64,000 nt of DNA from Picochlorum sp. SENEW3 (lineage: Eukaryota): contig CP120453.1 in NCBI GenBank assembly GCA_034226945.1, forward strand, positions 1,364,001 to 1,428,000, in the 5' to 3' direction. Below are positions 1-11,600 of this stretch, in pieces. A program made the translations under genes and the position numbers. Numbering within the stretch: position 1 is the stretch's first letter; every line of letters begins with the position of its first letter. The notes under the pieces were generated by a model. It had not been told where the DNA came from, ran no database searches, and worked only from the letters and a program-made list of their open reading frames with translations.

Positions 1-3000
1 ACAGGAGGCACCCGCGTGGTCCACTGTGATTCCAGACTCCCAGCCTTCAGATTTGGATGAGGAGAATATAGTGCAGAACGCTGGGTCACAAGTGGCCTCA
101 GCAAAGCGACAGGAGAATTCGTCTCAGCAACCATTGAAAAGGAAGCCATCTGCCAAGCCCAAGAAGAAGGAGACAGCTCCTGTCCTTGGCTGTGGGCGCA
201 TTAAAGACTTCTTCAAGCGACCCAGAGTCGCTTCCAATGCTCAAACATCTGCCATGGGGGCAGAGCCAGGTGTACTGGTAAGCAATCGCCGGCAGACCAG
301 GCGCCGTGTGGGGACCAGCCATGGGTCACCATTTGGCACTGTGTCAACGACACAAGATGCTGTGCTTGTGGATCTCACCGATGTAGACACGGTTTCCATC
401 ACCACTTTAGAGGAGCAAGGTATGTTGTTGTTATGATGTATGTTTTCGGTACATACATTGAGATGTGTATCTCTCTTGGCACATTCATTCACATACTATT
501 GATGCTATTGTAGATGTAGTAGGCTCTGATTCGGCATCTGGTAGTAAGGATATTCACGCATCATCAGAGGGAAACACAACAGCATCCATTCAAGAGGCAT
601 ATTTATGCACATTAAATAGCGAAAACAGAAGCATCATCGAGAAAAGTCTGAATGATCTCGATTATTTATCAGACTTTATTAGGCGTACCTGCTCTGGGAA
701 AATAGACAATTTTAAAGACCGTCTCATCGCATGTTCGAGGAAGCTGAGACAAAGCGCTGCAGTCCAGAGACTGGTTGATGTGAATACCGTCATTTCAGCC
801 AGTGATGCGTCAGGTGAGCTGTTTGCTTCAGCCGATGAAACCATCAAAATCCCTTTGATGGAGTATTACAAACTTCAAAAGGGATATCTCCAAAATCAAG
901 AATATGTGGATTCGAAAGGCATTCCAGAGGTGGTCAAAATCACAAAGGAGATTTGTCTGGATGACGAGTTGCAGGAATTTTCAATGGCTTTGATTGCTCT
1001 ACTTGCTTCAGAGTATGAAAACGGCGTCGAGGGGCTCTATGATGCACTTGAGAGAGCAATCGAGCAAAAGGTAGGCAGTGAGCAAAGGACATTGGAAGAC
1101 ATTAGGCAATCTTTCACAAAGTGCATGGAAGATATTTTGCAACCCCATAATGGCCCTGGATGGAGAATCCGCCACTTCGAGGAGACTGAAGCCATTCCGT
1201 CAAAGTATGAACGCATCTTTCCCGAAACTATTCATCTGTATGAATTTGTTAAAGAGGGGCTGAAGATGAGTACAGAAAGGTTGCTCGGGGTGCTAGTATT
1301 TCCAGAGGCAATCAAGTTCTCCCGACAGTTGAACGCTACGGGGACGTATGCTAGTCATGTGCTCTTGCCTAGGCAATATAGGATAGATGGTGGTTTCCAA
1401 TGGCGCTATACGCTCCATCAAGACTTTTTTTTTGGTAGTGTGCCAACTGGAGATGATTCCCACGTGTTTGTGTCTACTGAGGGCCGGTGCATCAATTCAC
1501 AAGGTGACTCTTTGAGCATTTCCGTCAGCGGGAAATTGTGCCCGAAATTTTTGATTGCTGCTAAATCCAAAAAAGAAGAAGTACGCAAGCAGTTCAAAAT
1601 ATATCAAGTGGTAGGCATGGCAAAATATGAGTGGACTCCATCTCAATTCCTTGAGAAATGTGGGCCAGGGATGAGTACCGACCACCTCACCATCCAAGCA
1701 TCCTATAATCAACCTTCCCTTTTGAGGATTGCTGATGCAAAGCAACAGGCGAATAATAAACGACCACGCTCTCGGGAGACTTTTAGAGGACAAAGTGTGG
1801 AGGCTTGCTACACTCAATTCAAGCATCTGTCTACCGAGAGGCAGACCATTGCTCAGAGATGCAAGGACAGTTGCGAGGAGAATGGTTTGCCACTGGCGCG
1901 CCTGGAAAAAGATGGAGACAACTGGAAATTAGATGATCCGAATCCATCTGAAAAGTGGGTTGACGTTGTGAGATGCACAAATGTCCTTTTCTTTGAGGAG
2001 GAACAATGCATCTGGAAGATGCATGGTGATGGGTGGTATTTCCTGGCTGATGTCATGGACATTATACAAAAGACAAGGTACAGAGGGATGAGCATTGCGG
2101 GAGAAAAAACACTGATTTCATGTGCCATAGCATACGCAAAGTTGTACACTGCAGTACTTGGGAAACGCGATCTCTCTAAAAAATTCCTCCACAAGTTTCA
2201 ACTTGAAGACATTGCCAGGCGCACAGATGAAGATGGGGTTCAGATCAAGACTGTCTGGAGGCGAGGTGACGGTGCCATAGAGAAGCTAACGGTCGATCAT
2301 ATCAATGGCCAAACTGGTTTGAATCGATCAGACAATCTTCGAGTGGTAACCAATGTGGAGAATGCTGCCCTATCTCGTGGGGAACGAAGAAGAGCAATCA
2401 TTTCCAATAATGGCAAGGAAGAGACTGTCACTGGAGACACTACTAGAGAACTCGGTGGAAAAATCGTGAATACAATGCGAGAGATGGAATTTCCAGAAGA
2501 GCAAATTCCTTCTCCAAGGACGGTCAGTAACACATGGATAACAAAGAGGCGAATCCCAAAACGCCTACAGGACAAGATTGTCATACACGATGTGGATGAT
2601 CAAAAAGATAATGCCGATGATGATCGTTTTTTTCCAATTAACGTCAGCTGGTTCTTGGGAACATTTGAAGACAAAGGTACTGGCGAGATTCATGAGCAGG
2701 CATACTGGGGAAATGAGAGGATGCTTGTAGGAATCAAGAAAACGCTGGGTTTGTCAGCATTGGATGATTCCTCACGATTTGTCGATGTGGCACATATGTA
2801 CGACAAGAAATATCGAAGAGAAGTCATCAGAAAAGAGTTCTCTCATATTGGAGAGGGAAGCAGGTATGTGCTTGTTGATTTGTATTCATCTCGCACTTGG
2901 ACACGGGGTGCGAATTTCAAGGCTCGTGAAGAGAAACGTCAAGCTCTCAGGCAGCGCAGGAGACTGCATCATGATGATGTCGATTTCAGCGCAATTCCCC

Positions 3001-3842
3001 GTCTCAACGGGGCAGAAACGAATGCTGAATATGATCTCAACGATGGGAATGGACCACGGAGGTTCAATCTGGGGGTCTGGGTTAACGGTGAGATTAAAGC
3101 ATACAAGAATGGAAAAAGAACAAATGAAGAAATGGAGGAACTCATGGATGACATGGGTTTGAGTGAGGAAGCAAGAACAGTATTCAAGAGGCGATGTGGT
3201 TGGAAAGTCGATGGTGTTCCTGCTTGTCTGAGTGCTCGCGAAGAAAGACGTCAAGCTCTCAGAGAGCGCAGGAGACTGCATCATGATGATGTCGATTTCA
3301 GGGAAATCCCCCCTGACAGCAACAACGGGGCAGAAACGAATGCTGAATATGATCTCAACGATGGGAATGGACCACGGAGGTTCAATCTGGGGGTCTGGGT
3401 TAGCCGTGAGATTAAAGCATACAAGAATGGAAAAAGAACAAATGAAGAAATGGAGGAACTCATGGATGACATGGGTTTGAGCGAGGAAGCAAGAACAGTA
3501 TTCAAGAGGCGATGTGGTTGGAAAGTCGATGGTGTTCCTGCTTGTCTGAGTGCTCGCGAAGGAAGACGTCAAGCTCTCAGGGAGCGCAGGAGACTGCATC
3601 ATGATGATGTCGATTTCAGTGAAATCCCCCAACAAAGCGAGGCAGAAAGGAATGCTGAATATGATCTCGGCGATGGGAATGGACCACGGAAGTTCAATCT
3701 GGGGATGTGGATTAACGGTGAGATGAGAGCATACAAGAATGGAGGAAGAACAAATGAAGAAATGGAGGAACTCATGGCTGACATGGGTTTGAGCGAGGAA
3801 GCAAGAACAGAATTCAAGAGGCGATGTGGTTGGACTGAATGA
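1..3842 (+). CDS. Large protein with tandem NUMOD4-HNH endonuclease-like modules and three C-terminal HA-like repeats; 5'-truncated; exons <1..419 and 514..3842
   Basis: Frame is open from position 2. GT-AG intron 420..513 (GTATGT...TTGTAG) joins ORF 26..436 in phase 1 to ORF 465..3842. Motifs: VFVSTEGRC...KIYQVV...TDH...N...LRIA...QANN and TVDHING...NRSDNLRVVT..EN (HNH). Confidence 0.75.
2922..3842 (+). repeat. Three tandem coding repeats: 2922..3233 (312 bp), 3234..3551 (318 bp) and 3552..3842 (truncated at stop)
   Basis: Near-identical DNA units, each starting GCTCG[TC]GAAG. Protein unit AREE.RQALR.RRRLHHDDVDF...FNLG.W...E.KAYKNG.RTNEEMEELM.DMGL...FKRRCGW. Confidence 0.97.
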
Positions 3843-4333
3843 GATCTCTCCTTCTCTTTCCAGTCATGTGGGCATTATATATATGTCAATGTTTTGATTG
3901 CGATATTGTATATTTACGGATCGAACTGTGATTAATCATGTATTTTATTCCTGTACTGATCTTAACTCTGCGAATATTTGAGATTTTGGGTGAATTTGAT
4001 CATGTCCAAATGTCTGCGAGAGCGGAAATTTGATTTTGGGCGAATCTGACGCAGTAAAGCACTTGCAAAGATAGTATAAACGATTTACAATCGTAAGGGA
4101 AAGCTTTTGAGACATCAATATGATCACATGGCCATTTAGTCGTGGATTTGGTCCCATCCCTCCTACCCCTGGAGTTGGTTGCATGGCTCATACCCAGCTC
4201 CATCTTTTGATGGCTCATTCCAATCCATTTCTTCATCTGAGTCATGTAGTGACATCACATTATGATCTTAAATGTTTCAATTACTTCAGAAGGGTCGTAA
4301 AAATTTCTTTGATCCAAGATGCCCTGAAATAGA

Positions 4334-4624
4334 ATGGACTTGGCAATGGTTGCTGATATTCGCTATGGTGCTTTGGCAGAAGTATCAGAGGCTCTTTCAA
4401 ATACGGAGATTCCTCTCCACCCAATCGGTTCTCTCCAGAATTTTGCATTTTCGAATGAGCATGCTCTTTCAAATACGGAGATTCCTCTCCACCCAATCGA
4501 TTCTCTCCAGAATATTGCATTTTCGAATGAGCCATTGTGCTATGCAGTACTAAAAATCTGTTGCTGTGATGACAAAGAGAACCTGAATTCTGAGACATGC
4601 GACGACACAAACCAGTGTGCTTAG
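4334..4624 (+). CDS. Small hypothetical protein (96 aa) containing a duplicated 24-aa segment
   Basis: ATG-initiated ORF in which the 72-bp duplication is in frame. No recognisable family. Confidence 0.3.
   Translation: MDLAMVADIRYGALAEVSEALSNTEIPLHPIGSLQNFAFSNEHALSNTEIPLHPIDSLQNIAFSNEPLCYAVLKICCCDDKENLNSETCDDTNQCA
4391..4532. repeat. Direct tandem duplication of a 72-bp unit (4391..4462 and 4463..4532)
   Basis: gctctttcaaatacggagattcctctccacccaatcg... occurs twice with 2 mismatches. Confidence 0.95.
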
Positions 4625-4700
4625 GAAACCTCCAACCATGCCGTATCATTACAAATAGCAACACTATATATGAATAAATTACATGTAATTGGTTTCTAGA

Positions 4701-5320
4701 TCATTGCACAAGCTTTGCCAGGCTTTCTTCATCCGTCTTTTCCATTTCCTGAATAACTTTAATTTCTCTCTGCATAATCAGCAATTCTTCAACACGATTT
4801 GACTTTTTACCATCCCTTCTCACGACAGTCATGACATCTTCAGCCGTCGGAGGACCCAAGGGTTTGCCATTCGACTTGACTCGACCTCGCCGAGAGGCGA
4901 GGTCGAGTGACTCTTGCAATACGCCACTGGCATAGGCTATGACTAATTCTTCTAATGCATCAGCTGTTTCTACTAGAGGACTCTCATCATCGCCAAATCC
5001 AAACATCATGGGTATTACTGCATATTGATACAAGTAAATTATGGATGCGTCACATCGAATCGAGAAGATTTGGGTGGTGAAACAATGCACAAAGAGAGAC
5101 TAAAAGGGCAACAGTGTCTCTGTTCTTGTATTCTCCTGACAAGCATTCCTGTCATCGAGACGAAATGTTACAACATGGTCTTATTAATTTCAAATACATA
5201 CGTACAATCTCTGATAAACGTGCCCCGTAAAGACGTGCTTGTCGCAGGAGCAGAACCACCTTCTCCGTCCGCTCTTTGCCGCTTTGTTGTTGTTCCTGTG
5301 GTGACATCCCTTCCAGACAT
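4701..5320 (-). CDS. TAF13: TFIID subunit TAF13 (histone fold); exons 5320..5206 and 5017..4701
   Basis: Spliced sequence MSGRDV...LRGTFIRDLIPMMFGFGDD...ETADALEELVIAY...RVEELL. Intron 5205..5018 GTACGT...TGCAG is in phase. Confidence 0.88.
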
Positions 5321-5814
5321 TCTGCTTCTTTTTCTTTTTTTAATACTGGCAATATTTCTATACTAGACTGTATAGAAGAGCTGCACATGGGCTTTCCGTG
5401 ACTGGAAGAATTCTTGCATATCTAATTCTGATGTCGAGACAATAAAAAACGGCGACCATTCTCGACGTGTACAATACACGAGCGTGCTGTGGATGTCGGG
5501 AAGACGTCAGCGTATTGCACCTGACTCTGTTGGTCGGTCTCCATCCAAGGATGGGTTTGATGGATGAGTGTGGGTACAGGATCCCACAGGATGCAGCGGT
5601 TTCCTTAATATGCATCAGTCAAATGGCTGTTCCGTTCCGGAGGAGTCGTGCTGTTCTTATTCTGAATGCCATTTCAATAGTTTTGAGAAAATAGTTTTTT
5701 AATAAACACATGGTGCTATTGGTATAGGGTTTGCATGTATATGGTGATCGTATCAACACTAGCAACCTCTATTTTTTCCAAAGACTGACTCAGTGAAGGG
5801 ACAGGAGCATTGTC

Positions 5815-7042
5815 ATGGAGGAATTCTTGGCCAATGTACGGGCATGTGCTCCAGAGTATTCTCCTCTACATGATATGAAGGATGAGGAGATTTTGAATAG
5901 CAAGCGATGCGCCAGAGATGATCAGGGAGCTGGTATTGTGTCTCTGTACGTGCTGCATTTCGCTTCCTCATGTATATACATGCATGTATACTCGTGCCTC
6001 TTTGTCGCTATATACAGTATGGTAACCTTTGTGAATGATCTTTTTCTATTGTAGAAACTTGGCAAGTTTATCCCTGATGGATGTTCCAGAATCCATATCT
6101 TCTCTTGTATCTTTGACATCTCTCTGTCTGTCTGCAAATGGATTGAAGAGTCTGCCAGAATCAATCTCTCAACTCTCCTCCTTGCATATGTTGTTGCTGG
6201 ATAACAATCTATTTCACGAGATTCCGACGAGTATACGAAGCATGAAAAGTTTACGACATCTAGATTTGAGTAGGAATAAACTTGGAGATTGTGATGCGGT
6301 GTCCCTGCATCTGGACAGCTTGGAGTTGCTTGATCTGAGTGGGAATACCAAAATGACTCGAGTGTGTTCTGATATATTTCACTTGCCTCGAATAAAGCAA
6401 ATCGATCTGCATTCGTGCGCACTGATTGAGGTGCCAAAGGCGATTGGGCATGCAACCTTGTTGGAGAGAATTTCTCTCCATAGTAATGAGTTGACACATG
6501 TCCCATCAGAGATTGGGCAGTGTCAGAATTTGACGTGGCTGAGCTTGAATTCAAACAAACTGGAATCGATTTCGAGTTCAATAGGGAGACTGACAAAATT
6601 GACTCGTCTGTCATTGCATATCAATGCCTTGCGTACTGTTCCCGATGAGCTCTCTCAGTGTGTCCATTTGGAAGCACTCAGTTTGCATTCCAATTGTTTA
6701 GAATCTCTCCCTGACTCGCTATCGAATCTGAAAGAATGTGAGCGTTTGAGTTTGTACCACAATCCAACCCTTGGGTGCATTCCAGATGGCGTGTGTCATA
6801 TGACTCAGTTGAAAGAGCTCTGGCTCTATGACTGTGGAATCCACGAGGTGAACCCCAACATTGGCTTTGTGAATCTTCTTCAAAAATTGTGGCTAGACAG
6901 GAATCCTATCACAAAGCTTCCTGAAAGTATGAAGAAGTTAACAATGTTACAAGAACTATACCTGGATCAGACACAGGTTGAACGAGAGGATGTAGAACAC
7001 ATCACAGCATCCATGCATAATCTCAAGACTCTGGCTTATTGA
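5815..7042 (+). CDS. Leucine-rich repeat protein; exons 5815..5945 and 6055..7042
   Basis: About 13 LxxLxLxxNxLxxLP repeats. Intron 5946..6054 GTACGT...TGTAG gives in-frame IVSLNLASL. Confidence 0.9.
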
Positions 7043-8266
7043 TGAATATCACGCAATGTCGTTTTGAAAAATGAATAAAATGCTACATCGCCATGTTCTA
7101 TACTGACGAAACGAACTGGAACATCCTGTTCTTCTCGCTGCTCTGATGCGTAAAGAACCTCACAGGTGGGTGGATGCTGTGTTCCATGAGCATTCATGGA
7201 TACCAAGGCAGCCTTTGGCCCAGTCTTTTTTCTACTAAAATTTCCATTTGGTGCATAGACATCCGTAAATACTAATTTTGTGTCTATAGTGTCATATACA
7301 AGGTTCTGTATGGGTTTCATGCGAGGAAAACGAGCCAATCTATCCCGAGCACGTGTCTCTTCATTCACCACCTCACAGCGGGGGAGATGTTCTGCAATGG
7401 AAGCATCATGGAACGTATACGCAGGCCACCACTCCCCTGATTTTCCTTTAGAAACACATGATAGTGCAGTATTCATTCGCCGTCTTTTTGTGGGCCGATA
7501 AGGCTCCGACGTGGGCACGGGTGCCTCCTGATGCAGCTCTAGTGTGTGCTTGGCAATCTCTTCCCGCCCTTTGAGCACCCAAGGGACGTCCCCTCGATGC
7601 ACAATATATCCGGCTCGCAGTAATTTTGAATACATCACAAATCTATCAATAGATACATCACATGATGCCTGCATAAACACATGTATCCATAAGGAAACCC
7701 AGTTTGAGATGCAACACGCAAGGACCCTATAGTGCATACCATGAGACTAAAGCACTCCTTCATACTCAATAGAGACTTCTTCTTCGTCTTGGGATCCTCT
7801 TGAAAAAGCATCATACTTGCTCTATCTACCATATAAACAGCTTCTTCGATCGTAACATACAATTTTGGGCCCCATAAGCACCCAATGTGGGAAAAGAGTT
7901 TGCCCTTTTGCAGCACCACTTCAGCCCCACACTTTTCTGGCCTCCAGATCGCAGCAGCAAAATCCTTCCTGTAAATTCATTAATTAATACATGATATTAT
8001 TGAAATGATATTCAATACACATGGATCGGCGTGAATTCGACCTTCACTCGGAACATGCATGACATGCAGCAGAGAGACCGTTCTTCAAGAAAAGAGAAGC
8101 AGACGTACCCTGAACGGGGAAGCGACCAGATCTTCAGCAACTCATCCAACTTTTCGTCACCTGTAACCTCTTTGAGAACATCCCCCTGATGAAATAACTC
8201 TTGTTTGTTCCCTCTTCGAAATATAGCTGCTTTAAACTTGTCCTTGTCCACCACCTCGTCCGTCAT
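7036..8266 (-). CDS. TSEN54: tRNA-splicing endonuclease subunit Sen54-like; exons 8266..8109, 7968..7740 and 7668..7036
   Basis: Motifs KGKLFSHIG, LYVTIEEAVYMVDR and MYSKLLRAGYIV. Two GT-AG introns give a continuous frame. Confidence 0.78.
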
Positions 8267-8662
8267 GGTGATACGTGATTCTATGTGGATTTATTCATTA
8301 ATTCACAATCTTATCCTATGTATGAAAGCTTTTCGATCAAAATATATGGCACATTCCAAGACATCTGTCTTCATGAGTATCAAAGTTTGATCAGAAGAAT
8401 GCAACAAAGGTTGAATCCTATTTTATTTATTAAGGCGTTCCATGCAGGTAGTGTGTATCCTCTGAGCATCCTTCATCCCTCATTTTGATTTAATTGAACG
8501 ACTATGAGATTCAATGCACACTCGATGGTGATGTGAGTGGAACAAACCCTTCACCGTGTTTGGGAACTGAAGCAGGCGTCCTATGCGGTTTTGACATTGG
8601 TGGCGTTGCTGTTCTTCGACAAAGGCAGATTATCAATTTATATGTTCTGAAATAAATACGCA

Positions 8663-11600
8663 ATGCCTCAAGCGCGTTTTCTGGGGAGGCGCTGGAGGCT
8701 TTCCACAGACTCTTTGCCGCTTCTGTTTTATCCTCTCTTGACAGGACTGAGCGTGGTCATGTTTGTCCTGTTGCTTTCGCTTGTGGCGACAACGCTGTCG
8801 TCGAATTACCAATGCAGCGAGTTTGCAAAAGTTGGTGTTGCCATGTACGGGATGACGGCCATATACTTTTGTGAAATTGTTGTGTTTGTGCTCATCATCA
8901 GATTTGGGTGGATGTATGGACCATTGAACGAGAGTAAAAGAATGCCTCAAATGTCCATCTTCATACATGTCTGGATCTTGGTGGTCATCGTTAAGCTTGT
9001 GTTTACTTGCTGGGGCATATTCGTGGTGTATAGCCCCACTGTATCCAGAGAATGTTGGTCCAGTAACCCATGTGCTATATATTCAGACCAGCTGCCCAAA
9101 GTGTGTGTTCCAGGGGCAACAGGTAACGTCGAACTGACCCCGAGTTGCCAAGCCATCGTAAGTAATTTGGATGATTTTAATGCATGCTTTGAAAAATGGG
9201 CGAAATTTGGAGGAGGCTGGATGATTGATAACTTTGTTGGGATGTATTCAGACACAGACAATGTGCTGCTGTCGTATTCCAACTTCACCTATCCTGGGAC
9301 AGTCACATGTTCCACGGTGGATTGGGAAAATGATAAGCGACTGGCTGCAATTAATCCATATGACAACACGACATCCATATTTATGACATTATTTGTCGTG
9401 TTGAGAGGCATTGATGACTTCATCCGTCAGGAGGCTCCAAATGAAACAACACTGGTAGACATATTGCCATCTGCATACCAGTCTGTTATTCTTCGATTCA
9501 TCAGCAATGGCATTTACGACGATAAAAATTTAACTCTAGCAGAACTTGATACCAAAATTCCATGGAATATTTGCCTGAGCGATTACTGCAGGGATTTGCT
9601 GCAAAATGATTGCGAACAGTGGAGAACTCTAGAAACACTTCCAGAGACGTACAAAATAAGTGGATGGTTTGCAGCAATCATGTATATTTCTCTTGCTGTC
9701 TGTATTTTGACTGGATTTTTATTCATCATCACATTCAATGCGTTCCCTGATTATGAGAGTGAGGAATCTTGGCACGGTCTTTTGAGCGGCGTCGCTAAGA
9801 GGCTTGGATTTTTAGAAGAGCTGAGAACAACAGCAACGCATGATGGGGTAGATGCATTAGTTGGTATTGGTGGTCTTCTCCACAGTCTCTTTGGAGGGGC
9901 TGATTTAGACTTCACAGATTTATTGTTAGGGTTGTATCTTGTTCATTTGAGGCAGAAGTGGAAGAGGAAGGAGCATGCCTTGCTTTACGTAGCACGCCAT
10001 GGATACGATGGGAAGGAAAAGGAGATAAATATCTGGCGCTCTTGGATTGTTGGTTTCATCATGTTTCCATCATTTAGTGATAGATATCATGGCTGGTGGT
10101 GGACCAAACGAAAGACAAGAGGCAGTGATAAGAAGAAGAGTGCAATGTCTTCTGAAAGGTCTTCCTCTTTGAGCCAAATCGATGGGGAGATTTTGGATCA
10201 GCTTTCCACAGAGTTCGAGCATATCTGGGTCCACAACGACAGCAATGGTATAGGAGTAGGAGAAGAGCGAGTCGAAGACAAGACAAGGGGTGATGTAGAC
10301 TCGGATGCAAATGCGCTGACATTGAGACACAGTTTTGTCCGAATAGAATCCTTGGCATCGGAGACCTCCAAAGAACGAATCATATCAACGCAGAGCAATA
10401 ATCTCGTCAAGCTTGTGAAGCAAGAGAGAGCCATGATAACACCTTTGAATCTTCACAATGTCACCTTTGAGATTGATGATGCGTCAAAGTCCCAAACAGA
10501 TGATTTTGTGTCATTGTACCTGGGCAAACCCAGTGGACTGGTGGACGCAGAGATCCTTAAAGAGACAATCCATTTCCTACCGATTGCACGTGCTAGCTAT
10601 GGGCTCATGAAATTCAAATGGAAAACATGTGTAGAAACAACATGGAGATACAAGATGCAGACCAAGATGATTGGATGCTTTCAGAGGTGCATTCCTGCAT
10701 CTATAAAAGAATCGTATCATAGGGAAAGAAACTTGCAGTACGTAATTAGGATGATTGGTTGCAATGAAGATGATATTTTGTATGCATCGTATACGTCGAG
10801 CGCTCTGGCAGTGATTCCATATCTGATATTCCGAGACACATCCACAAAGAACATATGCATTAGTATTCGTGGAACTGTCGGAGCTGCAGACCTGATCACG
10901 GATCTCGTCAGTAACCCAATCGATATTTCAGACATGTTTAATTCAGAGAAAGAACTGTATGCGCATGCTGGGGTTGCATCCTCGACGATGGCACTCATCG
11001 ATCAATTCAAGCACAAGGGTATTTGGGAAGCATTTAGAGACCAGGACACGGCAACAAAGCAGCAGCAACAAGAGGAAGACGAGCAACCCCATGGTGGCAA
11101 CAGCATGATTATGGATAGAGATGATGATGATGATAATGGTGGCCATTCTGGTAGATTTTCCCTCGCACGAGCGAAAGATGTCATCAGGGAAGCCATTCAC
11201 CAGGATGGATATGGCGTGGTTATCACTGGCCACTCCCTTGGCGCTGCGGTTGCCTGCCTCGTTGCAGGTGCCATGAGAACAATCCATCCGACTCTAAGAT
11301 GCATTGCGTATAATCCGCCTGGTGGGCTTGTGGACGAAAACCTGAGAGCACTCTCAAAAACATATTGCAATTCAGTCGTCTGTGGACAGGATGCCATCTC
11401 TAGAATGTCCTTGGGAACCCTTAAGCGAGTCATCGACGACATGATGTTTGCTTTGGCGTCATGCAAGCGCCCAAAACTGTCTATTTTATTTGATTCTATC
11501 ATCGGGAGATACGTCAATACCGCAGCAGCCAGTCATGTATTTGGAACATTTGACGACATAGAACCAGATGTGCTGGACGTCCTGAAGACCTATTTGCAAA

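Noticed and set aside
2886..3635. 249-aa repetitive ORF on the - strand
   Set aside because: By-product of the tandem coding repeats on the + strand.
2922..3842. Repeat array considered as CRISPR or LTR
   Set aside because: Units are ~312-bp in-frame coding repeats without unique spacers; no cas, gag or pol genes nearby.
5330..5810. Short ORFs between TAF13 and the LRR gene
   Set aside because: No motifs or consistent splice structure; probably divergent promoter and UTR sequence.
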